Below the pieces are notes generated by a model. It was not told the DNA's origin. It made no database searches and was given only the letters and a program-made list of their open reading frames with translations. A program made the translations under genes and the position numbers. A stretch of 21,526 bases of DNA from Candidatus Hodarchaeota archaeon (lineage in GTDB: Archaea; Asgardarchaeota; Lokiarchaeia; Sigyniarchaeales; SOKP01): the NCBI GenBank assembly GCA_048886685.1, contig JBHLKM010000032.1, positions 1-21,526 on the forward strand, written 5' to 3'. Shown piece by piece: positions 8,362 to 15,800 of this stretch (positions are counted from its first letter, which is position 1; each line of letters starts with the position of its first letter).

Positions 8362-9270
8362 TTAGCTTAGTGTTATTTTAAGGCGATTAAGCATTGTTAT
8401 TACATGAGAAGATGGTTCCTCCCTTATATACAATGTATTCTTTATATAATTCTGAAGTAATGACTTCAATTCTAAATAATAAAACTCTTTATCTAGTGCG
8501 TGGGGATCATCCTCAATATTTACCTTATTTAAATGAAGAGATACCATTTCTTGAAAAAGTATTTCCAATGTTAAATCAATATACGTTTTTTGTAATAATA
8601 TTTCATCCTTTCTCGTTAATTCGTAATATTCCTCTATCGTTTTTTGCCGAATTCTAATAAGACTTTTAATATTCTCCTTTATTTCATATGGTAAATATAA
8701 AGCCCCAATTTTCGCAATAAAACTGTCTAAATCAATAGAAATCTTCAAAGACATAACATACTTCTCAATATATGCTAAAAATCTTATTAAAAATTTAAAA
8801 GAATCAATCTGAGAATCTACCTTCCACATCTTATACAAAAATCCCCAGTCGGATAGAAATGATTCATCTAAAACCTTTAGAATCTTTTCTTTTAACTGCT
8901 CTATTAGGTCCTCATTATAATCATGAGCTTCCTTATAGGGTTTATCAAGATTATAGAACTTGTATTCATAATGCTTTCCATTTTCTTTGAATTCTCGGAA
9001 ATTAAGAATGGAGTGCGAATCTTGGTCCAAAAATTCCTTCTTACCCATCTCAGCTGCAAACCTGATTATATATTTACATTCGGGACATGTTGTAACCCAC
9101 GAGCGACTCACTATATTCGGAGGTTGAAAGCCTCCATTTGACCCCCTAAATTTGAATATATTTACTAAGTGGACTGGAGCACTAACTTCAAATTTCAACT
9201 TTTCGAGATGGAAAAATCTAGGAATGAACTCAACACTACATAACGGGCACTTGATTTTTTCCGCCTTCAT
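8362..9270 (-). CDS. Split zinc-ribbon protein with helical C-terminal region (possibly HEPN/DUF4145-like, inactive)
   Basis: CPLC (aa 8-11) and CPEC (aa 62-65), followed by an all-helical region. Preceded by an AGGGAG SD-like sequence. The HEPN-like call is tentative. Confidence 0.7.
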   Translation of the reverse strand: MKAEKIKCPLCSVEFIPRFFHLEKLKFEVSAPVHLVNIFKFRGSNGGFQPPNIVSRSWVTTCPECKYIIRFAAEMGKKEFLDQDSHSILNFREFKENGKHYEYKFYNLDKPYKEAHDYNEDLIEQLKEKILKVLDESFLSDWGFLYKMWKVDSQIDSFKFLIRFLAYIEKYVMSLKISIDLDSFIAKIGALYLPYEIKENIKSLIRIRQKTIEEYYELTRKDEILLQKTYIDLTLEILFQEMVSLHLNKVNIEDDPHALDKEFYYLELKSLLQNYIKNTLYIREEPSSHVITMLNRLKITLS

Positions 9271-9595
9271 GCTCCCTATTTAACGCATTTTGAATTTTTT
9301 TAATGCTTGTTATCCTATACTTAGCTCAATGTTTCCAAAATATTAAAATATAATTATTTTTGAAAAAATAATTATTTGGAAACTAAAGCTGAAACTTTAA
9401 ACATTAGAATATTTGAATTACCAACCTAAAATTCATAAATAATTTGTAAGAATTAGTTTTATCTCTAATATTAGTAAATTCCCATACATTAAATCATCAC
9501 GGTTTAGAGCTTCTAATTATAGAAGAAAAGAATATGCTATAGAATTGAGAAAAAGATAAAAAAAAAGATGTAGTATTAATTAATATCTAAAAAAT

Positions 9596-12283
9596 TTATA
9601 ATTTTGTTAATATTCTTTCTCGCAGATTTAAAGCTTCCTGAAAATTGAAGTCAATATCCAAACTATTATTACAAGCGTTAAGAGCATCATCATAATTATT
9701 TATAGCAAAAAGAGCTTCTCCTAAATTATACCAAGCAATATGATCATCTGGATCAAGAGATACAAAATTTTTAAAACTATTCGCTGCTTGAGTGTAATCT
9801 CCTTTCCCAAAATAAGAAGCACCCAATACATTCCAAGCAGACGCAAAATTGGGATTTATCGCAATTGAATGTTCTAGAGCCTCTATTGCATTGTCATATT
9901 CACTACTTTTAATATATGTACGCCCAAGATTATACCAGACGCTATAGTCATCCGACTTAAGTACTAGTAAACGTTGATAAATTTTAATTGCTTTAGAATA
10001 ATTTCCTTTTACGTAATATGTTGCACCTAATACATTCCGAGCATTCAGCATATCCGATTTTATTTCAATAGCTCGTTTTAACGCATTTATTGCATTATCA
10101 TAGTCACCATTTTTAACATATGTTCGACCTAAATTGTACCAAACAACATGATTTTTCGGTTTCAGTTTTAATAAGTGTTGGAATGTATTAATAGCTTTAT
10201 TATAATCTTTTTTACCGAAATAAATCGCACCTAATATATTCCATGCTTCTACAAACTTTGAATCAATTTCTATAGCACGCTTTAATGCTTCAATTGCTTT
10301 ATTATACTCTCTATTTTTGGTATATGCTCTGCCAAGATTACACCATGCTTCTTTTAATTTATCATCCTTCACCGCCTTATTTTCATATTTAATGACCAGA
10401 TTTTTTAACGCATCAATTTTACTTTTTGTTTTTTTGAATTTCATTTGGTATTCTTTTGAATGCTTATATATTGATTTTCTTGCTCTGATTTCGTCTGTAA
10501 TACCTGAAGTTTCAATTTTCTCTTTTAATGCTGAAAGTTTTGAACTAAGCTCTTTAATTTTATTTTCTTTTATTTTTAATTCTTCCTCTATATCATCAGC
10601 ACTTTTAAAAGCACTCTTTTCTTCAACCTCAGCTGATAATAAACGTTGTTTAATGAAATTTAACATGAATTCAATTAACTCATATATTTCTAACTTGTAA
10701 TCCTGGCTAATTTTAAAGAATAAAATTGATCCTATCATATCTTCCATTTCTTCATTGATATCAAATTCCTCCATTAATTTTGACCAATTTATCTTTTCGG
10801 ATATTCTAATACCAATCAATATAACTATATTATCTCTAAATTTTTTTGTAATTTCATTTATTGTTTCTTTCCATTTAGGATCAATATGTTCTTTTTCTCT
10901 TGCATCAAATATGCAAAAAATTGCATCAGATTCAGAAAAATTTAATGAGTCAGATACATAATTCTTTAATAATAAGCCATTTGAATATTGGAATATTTTT
11001 TCATTTATTTTATCTTTGACTTTAGTATATTCTCCGAGTTCCTTAATATCGGTTAAAATTTGTAATGCCGGGCTCCATAATGGATCTTCTGTAATAAATG
11101 AGATTGTGAAAGAGCCATAATTCTTTAAAATTGAATTAATTTCAATAACAATCTTTTCCTTTAATGAATTTTCTTCTGTTTCTTTTACCTTAATCATAAA
11201 ATGATAAGAAACTAAGTTAAATGCCTCTTCAACATGATCCCCTGTTAAAGCACTTGTTTCAATATAAGATATTTTACTGGTTAGATTTCCAGATAAATCA
11301 GAAAAATCTGATAAGTCAGATAAATCAAGAAAATTCTGCAATTCAGATTTGCTGTATATCTTATTAGCTAAATTAGATCCTTCTTCATAGCTAATTACCC
11401 TTTTGTTAGATAAGTCATTTTTATTGCCTACTATTATAATAGGTATATTCTCATCATCTATAAATTCAAGGAGCTCTTTATACCATTTTAATACGTTGTC
11501 AAATGATTCTCGAGAAGTTAAATCAAAAACTATAAATGCGGCTTGAGCCCCTTTATAATATGTTTTACGGTATCTTTTAAAATACCTCTGTGCCCCTATA
11601 TCCCAAAGAGCCAGATTTATTTTATTTCCAAAAGCATTATAGCTGTGAGATATAATATTAAGACCTATAGTTGTACGATAGTCGTCTAAAAATCTATTTT
11701 CTACAAACCTCCTTATTAAAGATGTCTTTCCAACGGAATGATCACCAACAATTATAAATTTAAACCGATAAAATCGATCATGGTCTAAGATACCTGAATA
11801 AATCTGATACTTTAATCTGTTAGATTGTTTAGAAAGTTCTTCTTCAAATTCAAAATTAGGGATCACTATTTCTATATTATCTACTTCGACAGTACTTAGA
11901 ATTTGCATGACTTTTTCAGTAAGAAAATACGCATAAGGATACAATTTTTCAGTTGAAACTATATCTTCAAAAACAAAACTTAAAGTTGTTCTCCCATCCA
12001 CAGATATAAATAATAATTTATTCTCATCTGTGTCAAAACTTGCTGTACCATATCTCTTAAAAGCAAATTCATTACGAATACGTTCTATAATTGGATTAAC
12101 AACAGCAGTTAAAAATGAAATAATCTCTATATCTATATTTTTTCTTGTCTCTCCTGCTATAATTAAACCTTCTTCATCTGAAACAATTATTGCTTCTATT
12201 CCTTCGTAAAATTCTAGAAAATTATTCAACAACTTATTGAACAATTTTCCTTTAGTTACTGATGGTAATTTCTCCTCTCGCAT
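9596..12283 (-). CDS. Roadblock/LC7 + Rab-like GTPase + degenerate second G-like domain + coiled coil + 7 TPR fusion protein
   Basis: Roadblock motif GIEAIIVSDEEGLIIA. G1 GDHSVGKTS, G2 TTIG, G3 WDIGAQ, G4 NKND, G5 ETSAL. Second alpha/beta unit with DAIFCIFD and VILIGIR. K/E-rich coiled coil at aa ~550-640. Seven 34-aa W-x2-LG-x2-Y-x8-A repeats. Confidence 0.9.
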   Translation of the reverse strand: MREEKLPSVTKGKLFNKLLNNFLEFYEGIEAIIVSDEEGLIIAGETRKNIDIEIISFLTAVVNPIIERIRNEFAFKRYGTASFDTDENKLLFISVDGRTTLSFVFEDIVSTEKLYPYAYFLTEKVMQILSTVEVDNIEIVIPNFEFEEELSKQSNRLKYQIYSGILDHDRFYRFKFIIVGDHSVGKTSLIRRFVENRFLDDYRTTIGLNIISHSYNAFGNKINLALWDIGAQRYFKRYRKTYYKGAQAAFIVFDLTSRESFDNVLKWYKELLEFIDDENIPIIIVGNKNDLSNKRVISYEEGSNLANKIYSKSELQNFLDLSDLSDFSDLSGNLTSKISYIETSALTGDHVEEAFNLVSYHFMIKVKETEENSLKEKIVIEINSILKNYGSFTISFITEDPLWSPALQILTDIKELGEYTKVKDKINEKIFQYSNGLLLKNYVSDSLNFSESDAIFCIFDAREKEHIDPKWKETINEITKKFRDNIVILIGIRISEKINWSKLMEEFDINEEMEDMIGSILFFKISQDYKLEIYELIEFMLNFIKQRLLSAEVEEKSAFKSADDIEEELKIKENKIKELSSKLSALKEKIETSGITDEIRARKSIYKHSKEYQMKFKKTKSKIDALKNLVIKYENKAVKDDKLKEAWCNLGRAYTKNREYNKAIEALKRAIEIDSKFVEAWNILGAIYFGKKDYNKAINTFQHLLKLKPKNHVVWYNLGRTYVKNGDYDNAINALKRAIEIKSDMLNARNVLGATYYVKGNYSKAIKIYQRLLVLKSDDYSVWYNLGRTYIKSSEYDNAIEALEHSIAINPNFASAWNVLGASYFGKGDYTQAANSFKNFVSLDPDDHIAWYNLGEALFAINNYDDALNACNNSLDIDFNFQEALNLRERILTKL
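9641..10354 (-). repeat. Seven tandem TPR repeats (102-bp period)
   Basis: Units begin AWCNLGRAY, AWNILGAIY, VWYNLGRTY, ARNVLGATY, VWYNLGRTY, AWNVLGASY and AWYNLGEAL at 34-aa spacing. Confidence 0.9.
11291..11326 (-). repeat. 4 x 9-bp tandem microrepeat encoding DLS-DLS-DFS-DLS inside the GTPase domain
   Basis: The + strand reads agataaatc agaaaaatc tgataagtc agataaatc. Confidence 0.8.
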
Positions 12284-12864
12284 TTAGCTTACCAAAATTT
12301 AATGGGAAACTGAAATTCTAAAATTGTAATTTTTATACATAATCTTAATAATATTTTGTATTTAAAAATATAATTAGGAAATTAGCATTTCTGATTATCT
12401 GCAGATATCGATGGACCAAGCATCTTAAGCTTATTGAAATTCTGAGATTTGAATATGAAATTTTTTCAACTCAAATCCTATTCATGTATTTATTAATAGT
12501 TTTTATCATGAAACCCAAACTACTCACATCAATGGAAGAATGTTAATTTGAATTATTAAACAACTGTGAGATAGCTCTAAAAGGGTTTAATCTAATTTTT
12601 TCTGGAATCCTTAAAATTAAGCTCTCAGGAATATATTCCGAAGCTTTTAGAAAAAAAGGGATTTGGAAATTTACAATCCTAAATTTCATAAGACTCCATG
12701 GAAAAGCATTATATATTTATATATTAGCTTTTATATTATTAGTCAGAAAAACAACAAATTTGTATGAAATATTGATATTAACAGCACATTAACGATTTAG
12801 GGGTTTATTGGCTATAAAAAGAAAGCTTAGGTTTGAGTGAATATATAATATTAAAAAGATAATC

Positions 12865-15800
12865 TTGATTGATATAAAAAAAAACCAATATTGTTTATTA
12901 TTAATTTTAATTATAGTTTGGGAGATTTTTTTGTTACCTCCTTATATAGATAATACTACTTCTAATGACACAAATTTAAATTCTAGAAAAATTACATCCA
13001 CCTCCTCATGTTCTATTTTCAAATTTATTTGGTGGAATGAATCATGGGAATATAGAATTCCATATTATTTACCCCCTAGTGTTAAGGAATGTCAATATCC
13101 TTTAATTTCTTTTGAAATAAATTTTAGCGATATTCTTTCAAAGATCGGAGCCAGTGTGGAATTGGATATCAATTCTTTACGTTTAATTGCTTATGATAAT
13201 GACTCCGCTGATATGATCATATATAATCCCGCTCGAATTGGAAATGAAAAATACTGTATCCCGATTCAATTTAATACTACTTTAGATTATCAATTAAACC
13301 CATTAGAAGAAGTTACAATTAATGCTGTGTGTAATTGGTCAATTCCTCCAAACAAAGCAACATTTTTTTATTTGTATTTTGATATTTTAGCAAATGGACC
13401 AAAATCTACGATTGATTATATGGTAGGTCAATGGTGGACAGATGTTTCAAGAGTTGGTAATGAAAGTTTCATTTTATCAAATGATCTAGTGGAACTATAT
13501 AGGGAGAGGGATACCTCTAAAATACTTTATTGCGGAGAAAACCCTTCAAAATCCTACATTAAGGATAAAGAAACAAGTTTAAAATTGATAACGGGTTTTT
13601 ATAACGAGCTACGGATTACAAATAAAGAAGGAAATTTTTCTTATTATATGCAAGAAAACAAATTCACTGCTGACATTTTGTCAGTTTATAAGGGACCAGT
13701 TTATGCTGAAGTTGAAATTCGTATTAATTCTCATAATTTATCCTATAATAATGATGTTTATTTATATTATCGAATATTCCGGGAAAAAAGGTTAGTAGAA
13801 TGTAATTTATGGTTAAAAAAGCAGATTGGTTATACTCTTGATAATAGCTGGAATGGACGTTATATCTTTTGGCCACTTGATTCATATGATTTAATGTATA
13901 CAGATTCGAGAGGGTATCGTCCAATAATAACAGAATGGGATACAAATGTACAGTATCTAATTGCTTATAATTCTATTAATAATAATTCCGCATGCTTTTG
14001 GACTAAAAATAAAGGTAACGTCCGAGTTGAACCACCTCCTTCTTATAACGCTTACGATAGTTATGGATTTTCAGCAGACAATTTCCATTATCGATATTTC
14101 TATGCAGTAGGTAATGTAAATTCTACTCAACAGGAAATGGAGATGTTATGTTCATTAGAAAAAATGGAATCGTTTGACTTTCAATCTAGATTAGGAATAG
14201 TTTGCCCAGAATTTAATAAAATATTTTTTGATGGTAATGCACTTTCTATCAACATAGTGACTTTTTCAGAAAAAGAGGGGGGTGTGAATGATGTTTTATG
14301 TACTCTCTATAATCCTTTTGGAACACCAATGATAATAAATCTATATACGAGTGATTATATAGAGTGGAAAAATGATAATGTATTGTTTTTTGATCTTTCA
14401 TATCCAGAGGGAGAATGGTCGATCAATATAACTATATTAAGAAATGGCTTAAATCCTTATAATATATCAAAAATATTTCATCTCAAGCATCCCTTTAAAC
14501 CATCTTTATTCTTTAATGCTGAGGATTTTATAAAATTAAGGCAGATCGCCTATGGACCAATGAAAGCCACTTGGTATGAACTCCTCTTACAAACCCTAGA
14601 ACTAGTTAAAAGAACTCCGAAAAAAGAGTTAGACATTAATGATGATACTACTAATTATCAAAATATTATCGAAAAATTAGCATTTGCATATATTATTACA
14701 GAAAATCCTATTTTCCTTCGAAGCGCTGAATTATGGATGGTTTCAATCGCTAATTATTCTTCATGGGCTATATGGAAGCAAGCACCAGATCTCCAGCGTA
14801 ATCATCTAGCCATGGGTCTAATGATGGGTCTTGATATGTTATTTTATGATATAGCAGAGGAGAATCGAACTTTTATCTTAAACCGACTAATTTTAGAAGG
14901 TAAAAATCTCTATCAAATTATTGAAAATACGAAAGAGTTACATATTGATTCTTATGATAATAACCACTGTTGGATTACTATGGCTACCTTAGCAACACTA
15001 GCATATGGGCTTGATCAAATAATAGATACCTCTGCTTGGAAAAGCGAGTTAAAATTTCGAATTCAAAAGATTTATTCAAATTTTTATGAGGATGGTTCAA
15101 GTCATGAAGGAATTAATTATTGGAATTATGGCTTTCCATATGTGATATATTTCACAGAACTGGTTCGTAGATTTGATAACGAAAATTATTTCAACCAATC
15201 ATATTTCATAAATGCATTAAAATTTAGAGTGTATTATATGCTTCCAGATAGAGCAGAATCGCTTCTTTTAGGTGATTCAAACTACTATCTTAATCATAAT
15301 ACTTGGGTTACTATGTTATTAGCAAATATCTTTAACGATCCTTATGCTCAATGGGTCTCTTTTAACTCAAATAAATATATAAATACACCTCTCTCGTTTA
15401 ATAAAGCAGGGAACGGAACAGGAGAATTTTTCAGATCCAAATCCTATTCGCATTCTGGAGAATATTCCTTTTATGTGGTTGATAATGAAACGACTCATTA
15501 TACCTATGCACAAAGTTATCGTTTTCCTGTTAATTACACCAAAAAATTCACAGTTTCTGGATGGGTAAGATCTGATCAACCAACTGATTATTCTGTTCCA
15601 ATTGTATTCCAAGATAGTAACGGTTATGATGTATATCCAGTGATATATGAAAGCACCATTCCGGCGAGTACAAGTTGGACCCGTTTTGAGTTTAATATTA
15701 CTGGACAAGAAGCTTTTCCATCAATTGTATATGCTCGTATATATTTACGGCCTTATAAAACAGTATCAGATATTGGGAGGGTTTACTTTGATGATTTAAG

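Noticed and set aside
9440-9560. Short + strand frame (…FPYIKSSRFRASNYRRKEYAIELRKR) as a gene remnant
   Set aside because: Too short, no start codon and no recognisable family.
4583-12283. Assigning eukaryotic gene symbols (Rab1/Ypt1, RagA, NPRL2) or calling this a true Rag/GATOR pathway
   Set aside because: Motif similarity does not establish orthology. The domain order differs from Rags and the C-terminal Rab prenylation cysteines are absent.
12547-12792. Stop-free + frame of about 80 codons in the divergent intergenic region
   Set aside because: No usable start near its 5' end and no recognisable motif; consistent with chance in AT-rich promoter DNA.
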